Below are positions 39,641-53,984 of a DNA stretch of 64,000 nucleotides, in pieces (the first letter of the stretch is position 1; each line of letters starts with the position of its first letter). The notes under the pieces were generated by a model that worked only from the letters and a program-made list of their open reading frames with translations, made no database searches and was not told where the DNA came from. Source of the DNA: Eledone cirrhosa (Eukaryota); contig OZ024746.1 of NCBI GenBank assembly GCA_964016885.1, positions 30,566,001 to 30,630,000 of the forward strand, written 5' to 3'. The position numbers and the translations under genes are program-made.

Positions 39641-41803
39641 AGAAATAATGGTATGGATCAAAGTTAATAATATTATGTTATGTATATCAACGTGTCAGCA
39701 TGTTATTAAACAAGTGTCATTCATTCAAACGTTATTTCTTTTATAGATAGTTATAAGATAAAGCAATATTAAAGGCCATTAAGGTTTTCAACTGTTGATT
39801 ATGTACGTCTAAAAACCAAGTTTAGTTGCTTAGTGTTTTTCCTGGTCTTATGGGAGACTTGAAATGTAGACAAAGCTTTATGAAGGCAATTAGAGAATAA
39901 TTCACTTTTTTTGTTAATTAAGGTTTCATAATTATTAATAATCAACAGGGTCTCCATTGTACAAAGCGCGCAGTTTCTTGATATACCTGAGTTGCGGTAA
40001 ACTTCACTATTCCGAAGTTTCGTCCAAAAAATGGAGTATTTTAAATTCTTCTCTTTTAATATAAGCTGTGATAAAGAAGTGGATGATTTCCTCTTGGAGT
40101 TCGAAAATGAGCATTTATGGTTCGCAAATCTGGCTTTAAATGTAGAAGTCCATCCTATGTAGTTGTATGTGTTGTAATCAGTTTTTACGGTGCATTTATA
40201 CACCAAATTACTATCTAAACAATTATTTTGCAGAGGGCAATCAATTTTATTTCTACAATTACATTTTGGTTTATTATCATTTATGGTAACGCTATTATTA
40301 AGATCATTATGCTGATTCTGCTTTAGAATTTTAGTGTTTAATTTAGCGATATTCATAGTTGTAGGGCCATATTCATAGTTGTAGAATAAGACAATTTAAT
40401 GGTGTGTCTATTAAAAATGGAATGGTATTTATGTTGAGTAGGGAAAGAGATGTCCAAAGCCTTAAAGAATAATTTTGCAATTGGTGTTCTAACTGCTACC
40501 GAAGCAGGGGGGGGGGCAAACCATATGACTGATTTAGTTCTAGTTCTTTTCCTCAATTTGTTTGGCGTATAGGTGTTTGAATTATAATTATTTGAGTTTC
40601 GTTTATATATGCCATTATTTTTATCAGGATTAAAACTTGGATTATTATTATCTACATATTCTATACTATTCTCATATCCTGCTCTTTTTAATGCAGTATG
40701 CTGCATTATCATCAAATATAGCTTTATTGGCTGATATTCTATTAATGCGTTTTTTTGACACTATTTACTATAGCTTTTTTTTACAGATTTAGGGTGATTG
40801 GAATGGTTACTAACATAGTTTAAGTTTTCATTGGCCTTATGAAAAGGGTAATAAAAGCCAGAGTTTAAGTTAAACGTAACGTCTAGGAAATTAACTATTT
40901 TGTTACCTTTTTCTACTTCTAACTTAAGGTCATACATTTTAAAGAATTCTATTATACTTTTCTTTACTCTATTTAGTTCAATATTGTTGTGTTTGACCAC
41001 CGTAAATAAAATGTCGTCCCTATATAAACCACCGGTAATCTCCGGCAGTTTTCTATTTATCGTATTTAATATGAAAATTCCCAGAAGATCTGTGATTTGC
41101 GCAGAATCAGATGCCGCCATAGTAATATCAAAGTTTCTATTTCTATCTGAGCGAGTCCAATACTTATTGTTGAAGTTAATAAGAGTTCTTCTGGCTGTTA
41201 GTATTATATCAATTTCATCCGTGGTTATATCAGTATGCTTATAAGCGTATGATAGAGCCTTATTTAGTAGGTTAGATGTTATGGAAGAATAGTAGTTTGT
41301 TATGTCCATCTGGATGAATTTATGGTTTTTCTTATCGTCTATGTTCTTCTACCATTCTATGACTTCATTTGTATCTTTCCACAAGCTCAAATTAGATCTC
41401 AATTTAAGAGCAGGTAGGATTCTATCGATGATGTTTTTACTGATTACTCCAATATCCGATTTGGATGGAGCAATTAATCTAACTGGCATATCTTCCTCGA
41501 AGTTTCTTTTGTGATCCTTTAAGTTAATCCGCGACTGCCTAGGTATAAATGGCTCGGTTCTTCCTTCTATTCCTAAATTGGTAATTAATTTATAGGCAAC
41601 CTCGTTAATTTCTGTAAGATCTTCAGCCGGGGCTTTTTTATAATTTTTCCTAAGTTCCTTTAAAATCAAGTTTTTCAAAAGAACATCTATTTTATTAATA
41701 TGTGTATTTTAATATTAATAACTCTGGAAAATATTTTACTGTAGAGTGCTTCCAATCTACTGTAAAACTTATTCTTTGATGTACTCATTGAATCTTGTTT
41801 AAC

Positions 41804-41924
<121 letters not shown>

Positions 41925-42433
41925 TATGTATATATAAATGAGAGAAAGTGTGTGTGTGTGCGTGTATGTGTTTGTGTGTTGTAGTTTGCTTAAAGCATTC
42001 TGAGATATGAAAGTTAGTTGTCTTGGAAGCCGCTACAATGCGAGTGCGGTGTAAATATTGAGGTAGGGGAATCGGAAGACAAATACGATGAGATGAGATT
42101 GAGTCCAGAAGAGATATTAAATTGTGCAGCCAAAAGTTCAGAACACTACCATAAATGTTAGAGAATATAAGCCCCTCGGTCATGTATTTCCTGTTGTTAT
42201 TTAGATGATATACATAACACTCTGATGAGGAAGCCAAACTAGATACGAAAAGCAATCAAAAATATTTATCATTTGTTATTAATTTACAAGGAAATACCTA
42301 TATTTGACATGTTTATCTGTATATATGCGAAAAGTGTGTCGACTGATTTCCACGTTTGCACAGTCTCGATTATCTATAATGTATAACACACACACAGATA
42401 TATATATGTATATATATATATATATAAATATAT

Positions 42434-42907
42434 ATAACAAAGGAATTGTGGTAAGGAACCAGATGGACCATAACGCACCAGAGTATTCAATGCTTAGGGT
42501 AGTAGAGTGGGAAATAGGAAAAAGTATGACCCCGACGGTAGAGCTCAAGCCGTTTCGGCGGCTATTTCTGGACTAAATTAGAATGTTTAGCCTGGTGAAT
42601 AAATAGCCGAACTTTTCATTCTTATAAATTCCCTTATATGGGAAGATTGTAGTTGTCAAGAGGATTGTTTAAAATTTGTTGTAAACACAAATAAGTCTAT
42701 CATGGCATTTGGTGGGAGTTAGTGGTGGATGAACTTGCCTGTAGAACAATAGAGGAGTGACAGGAGCGGTCAAGCGTTGAAAGTCATAGGTATACAGCAG
42801 ATTCTGAGGATAGAGTATGAAGTGGAGGAGGGAGGTTATAGAATAGGTAAATCGAATGAGAGTAGGAGACAATAAAAGATAATAAATAATAATTTATTGT
42901 CTCCTAC
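42434..42907 (-). mobile_element. Longer, non-palindromic family B element
   Basis: Tail and one arm followed by ~330 bp of unique sequence instead of the second arm; ends in a 15-bp inverted repeat (gtaggagacaataaa 42862-42876 / tttattgtctcctac 42893-42907). Confidence 0.65.
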
Positions 42908-42909
42908 AC

Positions 42910-43637
42910 ATAGAGCTTTCCAAAATCTCGACATCACTGATGTGGTCCCTCCAGTGAACGCCATGGATCCGTCTGAGACACATCTGATGGAAACGCTCCA
43001 ATTGCTTAAGGTGGTGTCGATATGTGACCCAGGTCTCGCAGGCATAAAGAAAACAAGAGAGCACACATTCCTTGTACACCTTTACACCTCCTGCATATGT
43101 CTCGCCGACCCCAGAGACGCCTTTCTAGCTTTCCGAAAGCATCACTTGCTTTCCTAAACCTAAGTGAGATTTCACTATCAAGGTTGCTGTATCGATTGAC
43201 AGTGCTTCCCAGGTAGACAAACTGATCAACCACTCCAAGTCGTTTACCATACACAGTGTACTGCTTACCAGGGGCAGGTTGGTACATGACGACGGTTTTC
43301 TTGAGACTGACAGTCATTCCTAGGGCAGTGCAAGCGTCAGAAAATGCATTCAAAATGTGCTGCATATCACTCTCTGTGTGCGCTACAAGATCGCAATCAT
43401 CTGCATACAAGAGGTCTCTTATGATTGATGTAAATACTTTTGTCTTTGCAGCAAAGCGCCTGATGTTAAATATGCTGCCTGAGGTTCGATATCGGATGTA
43501 AAAACCATGCTCGCAATTCCTGAATGCAATACAGAAAACCATTGCAAAGTATATGGCAAACAGGGTCGGTGCTGGAATATCCCCCTGTTTCACTCCATTT
43601 TTTACTGAGATAGGCTCCGACATTAACCCAAGCCTTC
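42910..43637 (-). mobile_element. RTE (BovB-like) LINE RT fragment
   Basis: GVKQGDIPAPTLF, LLYADD, FVYLGS, then LYACETW after a frameshift. Confidence 0.9.
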
Positions 43638-44797
43638 ATGTCGTCATGGAAAGACCTATATACATACATACATACATACATACATACATACATACATACA
43701 TACATACATACATACATACATACATACATACATACATACATACATACGTATATGCATGTGTACAAACTTTCGGTTCCATGGATACTACAGATGCAATACC
43801 AATCTGACTTCTTATAATCTATACATGATTCTTTATATATTTATTTCTGAAAATTAAAAACAAACAAAATATACAATAAAACTTTGTTTCGAAATCGCAG
43901 TGTTTTAAGAAGAATTAATTTTTTATACATTTATCTTAGTTCAAATACAAAACATAAATCAATAGATATAATACGCATAAGTGTGGGTGTGCGCGCGCGC
44001 AAGTGTGTATGTGCGTGTATAAAGTACACATATATACACACACACGTATATATATACATATATATACAAATATACATATAAACGTATAAAGTATGTATGT
44101 GTATAAAGTATGAAAAGTATGGAAAGACATTTCAACAATGCTTCAGGGCTTGGATAGATACTTGGAGTTTGAAAAAAGATTTAATATTTCGAGCAGTATG
44201 TTCCAAATCAGGTTTTCTCAGTTCTTCTTATACTTATTGTTGCTGCTTTGCTGTGTTTCTACTTGATTTTGTTGTTGCTGTTGTAGCTGCTGTTGAGGTT
44301 GCTTTATTTACTTTTTGTTTGGTTATTGTTGCTGATATTGTTGCTGTGGCTGTGGCTGTTTTTGTAGGTTTTGTTTTGTTGTTTTTATTTTTGTTGTAGC
44401 GGTTTGGTTGTTGTTATTTTCGTGTATGTTTTCTTTTTAATATTTTGTTGCCATTTCTTTTTTCTTTCAGTTTTATCTGAATACATTGCAACATAACTTC
44501 ATGCTTGAATTGGTTGTTCAGTTAAGAACGCCGGAATATGAATGTAAATGTATAGAGAGAAAGAAAGACGCATTCAACGTACGAAAGACGCAGGTGGGAA
44601 GAAGATAAAGGAGGAGGCAGGATTTGCCTTTAGTTATTCAGAGGAGAAGAGTAAAAAGAAATTGGGTTTGCAATAGAATAGTTGGCAGCAGGAATTAAGG
44701 ACAAGTTTTATGGCTCGGCAAACATTGACACAGTCAACCATACGCAACAAACGATAGCAACCTGTGCGTGGCAAAATATACATGTATGTTTATATGC

Positions 44798-44838
<41 letters not shown>

Positions 44839-44856
44839 CATACATACATATATACA

Positions 44857-44908
<52 letters not shown>

Positions 44909-45829
44909 TGTGAATATATTTATGCATATATAAATACATGTGCATGTTTATATATGTATATATGTTTATATATACATACGTGTGTATGTGTGTGTATGTG
45001 TCTGTGTGAGTGTGTGTCTGTGTGTGTGTATGTGTATGTGATTACATATACCTCGTGTAATTTTGAATTTTAAATTCTAAATAATTAAAACTTTAGTTCT
45101 ATATAGACCACAATTTACCTGGAAAAGACATTCAAAGGCCAAATGTAACGTCGGCACACGAATATATTTATATTATTTGTTTAATAATCTATTTACAAGA
45201 TAATTACTTCCCCTTTATTCTATGGACATGTGTAAAGGCTAGTGTATATTCAATCATCATCATCATCATCATCTTCATAGTAAATGGTACAGTCAACCAT
45301 TCGGGCGTTACATTAGATATTTTGAGATGTCAGCAATCATCACTGATCTATTTCCTCCATTATTCAAAGAAGGGCCGCAGTGTCGAAATCTGTTAAGTCT
45401 TTTGTGTTGCCTCTTCTTCCCCCTCCTTTAACTATCCACTGGATAATAATTTTAGACAATAAGTCCTGGTCGAATATTTTTCTGTAGCAGGCAGGCTTTC
45501 GTCTTTCCGTCTCTTATAAGACACGATTTGCCGCCGTGGATAACTAATATATTAGAGCATCTATTTGTTAGTCAGCTGCAAAATATAGAGAAAATCAATG
45601 TCACTTCAGATTTGGTAGACCTAATGGCATTGGATATCTTTAGAAGAAACAATGAAGACTAAATTCCTTTAGAATTATAATACATTCCATGTTGTATACT
45701 AATATGTAGAACTAAAGTTATATACATCTAAATTTGACAACTATATAATGAGACACTAGCGTTTCCATCCACTTTTCTCCATTTTATGTTGCACCTTAAA
45801 TATATTACTTGAGTTGATCATATATATAC

Positions 45830-45889
<60 letters not shown>

Positions 45890-45916
45890 GCACACACACA
45901 CACACACACACACACA

Positions 45917-45966
45917 AATAGCTGTCGAAACGGCCGGAGCTCAGCTGTAGGTGTCCTGACTCTTTT

Positions 45967-45971
<5 letters not shown>
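45917..45971 (+). repeat. Single arm of a family B element
   Basis: tagctgtcgaaacggccggagctcagctgtaggtgtcctgactcttttcctat, matching the 15.9-kb subfamily. Confidence 0.75.
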
Positions 45972-46020
<49 letters not shown>

Positions 46021-46544
46021 AAAGGTAAACAGAAATAACAATACAATCGGTACAGTATATGGAAGGAATATACAACCTTATAGGGCCAATTAGCAAAAAT
46101 GTTAGATAAACTATAGTACAGATAAAGCCGATGCTCCAGCATTGCCCTAATCTAATCTAATAACTAAAACCAAGGAATGAAAGAATAAAAGAATGAAAGA
46201 ATCAGATAACTAACTCTGAGCGGAATGTATTCCGTGAAGTCACTGAGGACTGCAAAGATTACAACTGCACTTATATCAACCCATGAGAATATACTTAGGA
46301 AATGCCCCCGAAATATAACAGGCATTAGTTCTTGTCAGGGTTTTGTTGTTGATGTTTTTGTTGGTTTCTTTCTTTGTTTCTGATGTTGTTTGTTATTTTT
46401 GTCGTTTCTCAGGATAACGGTGAATACATAACTAATGACGTTAACTCTGAAGTTATGTTGATGTGGGTCGAATGATATCAGAAATATTGGTGTCGAGGTT
46501 CACCTCATGATGTAACAGAAACTCGATAGAAATTGTTGAAGAAG

Positions 46545-46986
46545 TAATAATTGTTTCTACTATAGGCACAAGGCCAGTAATCTGAGGGAGGGGGAAAGTT
46601 GATTAAATCGACCCCAGTATGATACTGGTGCTTTATTTTATAGACCCCCGTAAGGATGAAAGGCAAAGTTAACCTCGGCGGGATTTGAACTCAGAATATA
46701 AAAGGCCATAACTCTATGCTGCAAAGCACGGTGTCTGATGCTCTACCGATTCTGCCAATCCACCGCCCTATGTTGAAGAAATAATAATAATAGTAATAAT
46801 AATTGTTCTACTTTAGGCACAAGGCCAGCAATTTGGGGAGGGGGAAGTCGATTAAATCGACCCAGTGCGTGACTGGTAATATTTTTTATCGACCTCGTAA
46901 GCAAACTCGGCGGGAACGCAGACAGGGCCGGCCATAATTCTATGCAGCTAAACATGTTGTCCGAAGCTCTATCGATTCTGCCAATC
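46545..46986 (-). mobile_element. Two tandem Meta-type tRNA SINEs
   Basis: ~46545-46768 and ~46800-46986 (second internally deleted), each with an (ATT)n tail; another copy at ~62480-62662 (-). Confidence 0.8.
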
Positions 46987-47138
46987 CATAATAATACCTT
47001 GTTGCGACTTGTCAGATGACTCAATACCCCGGTGCATTATACATCTGCACTGCGTAACAGAGCAAGAAGAAGAAGAAGAAGAAGAAGAAGAAGAAGAAGA
47101 AGAAGAAGAAGAAGAAGAAGAAGAAGAAGAAGAAGAAG

Positions 47139-47428
47139 AACCGATACCAGGACTTAAAGTGGGAGGTAAAAAGGATTTGGAACTGCCATGAAGTCAGAGT
47201 CGTCCCGATTGTCATAGGCGCACTAGGTACTATCTCAAAGAGTTTCCAAGGATGGTTAAAGAAAATTAGTCCAGCCCCGCTTTTTGGAACACTTCAAAAG
47301 GCATGCTTGCTGGGAACAGCAAGAACCCTCCGATACGTCCCGAATATCTGAGGCTGCAGGTAGCGGCTTGATATTAATTTCAACAAACTTTCCAGTTAAA
47401 TAACATCAATGACAGAAACTCAAAGAAC

Positions 47429-47461
<33 letters not shown>
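47139..47461 (+). mobile_element. R4/Dong LINE 3' fragment with (AAT)n tail
   Basis: Near-identical to 53518-53815; starts right after a (GAA)n run. Confidence 0.9.
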
Positions 47462-47462
<1 letters not shown>

Positions 47463-48860
47463 CTTTCTTTATTAACCACAAGGGTTTACATAAATTGTTG
47501 ACAGGTCATGTTGAAATGGAGTGGAAAAGATGGGAAAGACCACTTACCTTACTTCTCGTAGAGGAAGGATGGTTTGTTCATCCTTTTCACTGCTTGTGGC
47601 CTCCTCCGGAAGGATGTCCTTATAAATCCTCCTGGAGAGTGTTTGTCGGACGTCTCTGATGTCTTTGGGGAATTTTTGTTTTAGTGTCGTGTACGTTTTC
47701 TGTGTGATGTGAGTGATTTGTATGTGTGGAGGTGGTGTGAACTTTTGGGTTGTTGTGTAGTCTTTTTCTGTGATGCTGGTGTTGTGTTGGATGTAGTGTA
47801 ATAATTGGTTGTTGTTCAAATTTAATGCTGTGTAGTGTGTATCGTTTTGGTTGTTTTGTTTTCTTTGCATTTGTTGTGGGTTTGTTTCTGTTTCGCTTTT
47901 TGGTGACTTTAGTGGTGTTGGTGATGGTGGTGTTGGAGTTCATGATGGTGATGGCGTTGGTGTTTGTGGTGATGGGATTGGTGATGCTGATGTGGATGGT
48001 GACATATCTGTCCTAACTTTTTTGTTTGATAGTTTATTTGTTTCCCTCTGTATTTTGTTTTTGGAGGGGAAGGAAGAGAATTTTTTCTTTTTTGGTTTCT
48101 TTTTTTCTTTTTTCCTGATACCGTTTCCCACTCCTCGTCGTCACAATCTGTTTCCAGTTGCGATAGGCCGGGGAGTGGAAAATCCTCCACAGGCGTTGGT
48201 TTTGGTTGTGGCGTGGTGGATGGTGTAGGCGCTGATGCTAGTTCTGGCGCGTTGGGTGGTGGTGGTGTTAGTTTTGCTACTGTTGCTGCGGTTGTTGCTG
48301 TTACAGTTGCTGCTACAATTGTTGCTGCCATCTCTGCTGCTGGTGGTGTTGATGGTTGAGTCACTGGGGTGGGTAAGAGAGGTGGCCTCAACCTTTTAGC
48401 CTGAGGGCAGAAAGCCCTTAGGTGGGTTCCTTCACCACAAACGACACACCTAGGCCTTCTGCCCTCGACGATTACGGTGAGGTGGCTGCCGTCAGTGAGG
48501 TCTATTACCTCTGGGATCTCCTCAATGCTTTTATGGTCCGCTTGGATCAGGAGCTCCATCCCAGATCCGGACCAGTTCTCCTGCTTTTCTTTCGCTATTT
48601 CGATTATCTTGGTGTTGGCGTCGATGCCGGCGAGGACGGCAGCCATTAGCCAGGGAATTTCGATGGCCGGTGGAACGTGGGTCACCCTGATCTTCACGAG
48701 TCTCTGGCCACAATAGCTTGGGACGAGTGTGAAGTCGTCACTTCTTAATGGGGCCATGGAGTGTTCTCTGGCCTCCTGTGGTGTTTCAAAGAACACGTCC
48801 ACGGTTCCATATTTCTGCCCACGTCTGATGTGTGTTTTTTTTGCCCACACATGTCCCAAA
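47462..48860 (-). mobile_element. ORF1-only (HAL1/Tx1-like) retroelement, 5'-truncated
   Basis: ORF 47909-48859 with gag knuckle CVVCGEGTHLRAFC preceded by VIVEGRRPRC, Pro/Thr/Ala-rich linker and WETVSGKKKKR; 3' end AATAAA followed by (ATT)n; no ORF2 in between. Confidence 0.7.
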
Positions 48861-48861
48861 G

Positions 48862-51201
48862 CTTTAAATAGTTAAGGAGCCAGAAAAGATACCATCATGG
48901 CTAGTTAACGGCATTATATTCCTGCTTCCGAAGAATGATGAGACAAACAATCCCAAAAATTACAGACCGATAACTTGCTTGACCACAATGTATAAAATTT
49001 TAACATCAGTCCTAACTGAATACACATATAACCACCTGATAACAAATGACCTATTTCCCATTGAGCAGAAAGGGTTTAAACGAGGCTCATATGGCTGTAA
49101 GGATCAACTTTTGGTTAACAAAATGATACTGGAAGATTGTCATAATAGACACAAAAAGCTATCGATTGCTTGGATAGATTATAAAAAGCATTCGATAGTT
49201 TGCCACACAGTTGGATTGAAAAATGTTTAGAGATTTTCAAAATATCCCCCGTTGTCAGGGGGTTTTTGTCATTCAGTATGAAGACATGGAAAATGACACT
49301 CCTTTTGAATAGTGAAACAAAATTACTGGAAGCTGGAGAAGTTAATATTAATTGTGGAATTTTTCAGGGTGACTCTTTATCACCGCTTTTATTCTGCATC
49401 GCACTTATACCATTAAGTAAAATGCTCAATGAAACAAAACATGGATATAAAGTCTATGACAAAACCACTAATCACTTGTTCTACATGGATGACCTGAAAC
49501 TATTTGCAAAAAATGATGAACAATTGCAAGGGCTACTATCCACTGTGGAGCAGTTCAGTGATGACATTAAAATGGAGTTTGGACTAGATAAATGCGCCAA
49601 AGCAACGTTCACCAGAGGAAAGCTGCTGAAGAGTTCAGACATTAATCTTGATCGGTGGAACGTGATAGGAGAACTTGATCAAGAAAAAACTTACAAATAT
49701 CTAGGTGTTTGTGAAGGAGACGGAATCAAGCACTCGACAATGAGGGAAAGGATAAGGAAGGAATGTTACCGCAGAGTAAGAGCAATCTTAAGAACGGAAT
49801 TGAATGCAAGGAATAGGATCGATGCCATAAACTCGCTTGCCATACCAGTAGTAACCTACAGTTACAATGTCATCAACTGGTCAAGCACAGAGATCCGTAG
49901 GCTCGATACAAAAATTCGAAAATTCTTAACCATGCACAGAATGCATCACCCTAAGGCAGATATAGATAGAATATATCTCCCTAGGAAAGAAGGAGGACGT
50001 GGTTTAATCCAGTTAGACATTGCGTTGAAAACTGCAACAATTAGATTATCTACATATCTAAGGGAATCACATGATTGGATGATCAAACTCGTTTTGAAAC
50101 ATGAAAGCATCAAAAGACCATATTCCATTACAAAAGATGCACAAAGATACAGTAATGGATTACAAATTTCAGAAGTCCCATTTACTGCTGAAATGGAAAA
50201 CACAGAAAAAGCAAAGCAGGTAAAAGTAACTGCAAAGAAAGAACTGCTACAGAAACTGGCTAAGAAATGGCAAGAAAAGCCTCTGTATGGAAAATACCCA
50301 GAGCGAGCTAACAATCCTGATGTTGACAAAGCTTTAACCCATCAGTGGTTGGCATCCTCTGGACTGAAATCGGAGACTGAAGGACTGATTATATCAGCAC
50401 AAGATCAGTGTCTGCCAACAAAAAATTACCAAGCCAACATAATAAAAAATGGATGCAGCCCATTATGCCGTGTATGCAAAAAACAACCAGAGACCATTGA
50501 CCAGATAATTTCAATGTGCAGTCCTATAGCTCCAACCGAATACCTAAACAGGCATGATAGAGCTGCACAATACATACATTGGATAATGTGTAAGCATTTT
50601 AACCTGCCCCATCAAAAGAATTGGTGGGAGCATCAACCACCTCCCATACTTGAAAAAGATCACATCTCAATCTTGTGGAACTTTAGCATCCAAACAGACC
50701 GAAAAATAGATGCAAATAGACCTGATATAATATTGAAGGACTTTAAAAAGAGGGTATGCCTGCTAATTGATATGTCTGTTCCAATAGACAAGAATGTATC
50801 TATAAAAACATTTGAAAAATTGAGCAAGTATAAGGACCTGGAGATAGAAATTGGAAAAATGTGGAAATTGAGAACTAAAACAATACCAGTGGTTGTAGGC
50901 GCTCTGGGAATGATACCTAAGGGGTCTAACGATTACTTATCGCAAATCCCAGGAAACCCGCGTATAGGAGAAATACAAAAGATAGTACTAATGGGAACTG
51001 CCCATATACTAAGGAAGATTCTGTCAATATAAGTACATCACAAGTCTAAACACTAAAGATGGATGTGTGAGTATGTATGTTCTTTCTTGAACATGGCGGA
51101 CCTTGTTGTCTCTTGAGGTCACTGGTTGTGACTTGGTGATAACTCGTATGAACATAAAGCAAGATAAATGCAATTGTAATAATAATAATAATAATAATAA
51201 T
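48862..51201 (+). mobile_element. R4/Dong-clade LINE (family 1), 5'-truncated: RT + restriction-like endonuclease
   Basis: [49 protein letters not shown]; frameshift ~49190; (AAT)n tail. Confidence 0.92.
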
Positions 51202-51802
51202 TGTATCCGAGTGTAAACACCTAGCCCAGACACACTATAAAAGCTGGAGACATGATGTGATGGGCAGGGTGATCCACTGGCACCTATGCAAAGTAAACAA
51301 TTTACCACATTCTGAGAAGTGGTATGAGCATAAGCCAGAGTCGGTGATAGAAAACGATCAGGTGAAGGTGCTGTGGGATTTTAGGATACAGACGGACAAG
51401 AAACTGGAACACAATAGACCTGACCTGATGGTTGTGGACAAAGAAAAAAGATCGTGCCTGATTGTGGATGTGGCCTGCCCATTCGACACGAGAGTGCAAG
51501 AGAAGGAGAGGGAGAAAATTAACCGATACCAGGACTTAAATGTAAAAAGGATTTGGAACTGCCATGAAGTCAAAGTGATCCCGATTGTCATAGGCGCACT
51601 AGGGACTATCTCAAAAAGTTTCCAGGGATGGTTAAAGAAAATTGGCCCCTTCGCGCTTTTTGGAACGCTTCAAAAGGCATGCTTGCTGGGAACAGCAAGA
51701 ACCCTCCGATACGTCCTGAATATCTGAGGCTGCAGGTAGTGGCTTGATATTCATTTCAACAAACTTTCCAGTTAACTAACATCAATGACTGAGACTCAAA
51801 GA

Positions 51803-51857
<55 letters not shown>

Positions 51858-51862
51858 CAACA
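51202..51862 (+). mobile_element. R4/Dong-clade LINE (family 2), short 3' copy
   Basis: Endonuclease ORF (LWDF, NRPD, VDVACP), near-identical to 53197-53815; long (AAT)n tail. Confidence 0.92.
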
Positions 51863-53817
51863 ACTTGTTACCGAACGAACAGAAAGGATGCCGAAAGAAG
51901 TCCCGTGGTAGAAAGGACCAGTTACTTATTGATAAGATGGTAATGAGGAATTGCAAGAGGAGACACACTGGTCTTGCCATGGAATGGATAGACTACAAAA
52001 AGGCATTTGACATGGTGCCTCATTCTTGGATCACCAAAAGCCTAGAGATCTTCAAGGTGGCAGATAACATCAGACAGTTGTTGAGCAAAAGTATGAAGTC
52101 CTGGAAAACAGAGTTAACATCAGCTGGAGAATCCTTGGGAGGCGTGAAGATCAAGAGAGGTATCTTCCAGGGAGATAGTCTGTCCCCTCTGTTGTTTGTC
52201 CTTGCCCTGATGCCCCTGACCATTATACTGCGAAAAGTGAGAGCAGGATACAAGTTGGGAAAGGGAGAGCTTACCATCAATCACCTCCTCTTCATGGACG
52301 AGCTTAAGCTCTTCGGGAAGAGTGAGAAGGAGTTGGATGTGCTTGTTGACACTGTCCTTATTTTCAGCAATGATATATGTATGCAATTTGGTATTAGTAA
52401 GTGTGAAGTCCTTGTGATGAAGAGGGGTAAATTGAGCAGAAGCAACGGAATCCAGGTACCAACAGGTGAGATGATAAAGGAAATTGACACTGAAGAAGGA
52501 TACAAGTATTTGGGTATTCTTGAGGCTGATGACATCAAGAACAAAAGAATGAAGGAATTGATAAGATCTGAATACATTCGGAGAGTAAGGAGCGTATTAA
52601 GGTCACATCTGAACAGTAGGAATGCCATAAGTGCAGTAAATTCACGAGCTGTGTCTATTATTAGGTACAGTACGGGAATTCTGAGATGGAATGTTGCTGA
52701 ACAAAAAGAAATGGATAGGAAGACTAGGAAGCTATTGACTATCTACAACATGTTCCACAAGAGGAGTGATATCGATAGACTCTACTTAAGGAGATCTGAA
52801 GGTGGAAGAGGTCTTAATGCATAAAGGACTGTGTTCAGATGGAGAAAAACAACCTACTCAAATACGTGACCGATAGTAAGGAGCCAATGCTCAGAATTGT
52901 ACTGAAGGAGAGGACAATAGTCCAGGGGATGTCCAAGGAGGAAATAACAACAAGGAGAAAGAGCAGCCTTCATGAAAAATCCCTTCATAGTACCTTCTTT
53001 GAGAAAACAGAATTCAGAGATCCACAGACATGGAACTGGTTGAGAAGAGGAGACCTTAAAAAGGCTACAGAAGGAATGCTAATGGCTGCGCAAGAGCAGG
53101 CCCTCAAAACGAAGTGGCTGAAACACCATATTTACAAAGAGGAGACTAGCCCACTGTTCAGGATCTGTGGAAAGAGAGAGGAGACTGTGGCTCACATTGT
53201 ATCCGAGTGTCAACACCTAGCCCAGACTCACTATAAAGGATGGAGACATGATGTGATGGGCAGGGTGATCCACTGGCAGCTATGCAAAGTAAACAATTTA
53301 CCACATTCTGAGAAGTGGTATGAGCATAAGCCAGAGTCGGTGATAGAAAACGATCAGGTGAAGGTGCTATGGGATTTTAGGATACAGACGGACAAGAAAC
53401 TGAAACACAATAGACCTGACCTGGTGGTTTTGGACAAGGAAAAAAGATCGTGCCTGATTGTGGATGTGGCCTGCCCATTCGACAATAGAGTGCAAGAGAA
53501 TGAGAGGGAGAAAATTAACCGATACCAGGACTTAAAGTGGGAGGTAAAAAGGATTTGGAACTACCATGAAGTCAAAGTGGTCCCGATTGTCATAGGCGTA
53601 CTAGGTACTATCTCAAAAAGTTTCCAGGGATGGTTAAAGAAAATTGGCCCCGCCCCGCTTTTTGGAACACTTCAAAAGGCATGCTTGCTGGGAACAGTAA
53701 GAATCCTCGTCCTGAATATCTGGGCTGCAGGTAGTGGCTTGATATTCATTTCAACAAACTTTCCAGTTAACTAACATCAATGACTGAGACTCAAAGAACA
53801 ATAATAATAATAATAAT
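51863..53817 (+). mobile_element. R4/Dong-clade LINE (family 2), longer copy, inactive
   Basis: RT with FMDE in place of FMDD, frameshift ~52820, zinc knuckle and endonuclease motifs; (AAT)n tail. Confidence 0.92.
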
Positions 53818-53984
53818 TTCTTTATTAGCCACGCAGAGCTCAAATAAATAAAACATTAAGGACGACACATGACGGTACAGGATGGTACAGGGTGGTACAG
53901 GACGGTACAGGACGGCCTAGAATGATTCAGTGTGTGTTTTTGGCGTGTAAAAAGTCATATAGCAAAAATAAAGAAAACAAATTC

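Noticed and set aside
39799-40356. Selenocysteine (in-frame UGA) as reported for some Naiad PLEs
   Set aside because: Conserved Cys positions here and in 56050-56568 are ordinary Cys codons; the breaks are frameshifts
42218-42262. CTGATGA...GAAA candidate hammerhead
   Set aside because: Stems I and II do not pair convincingly
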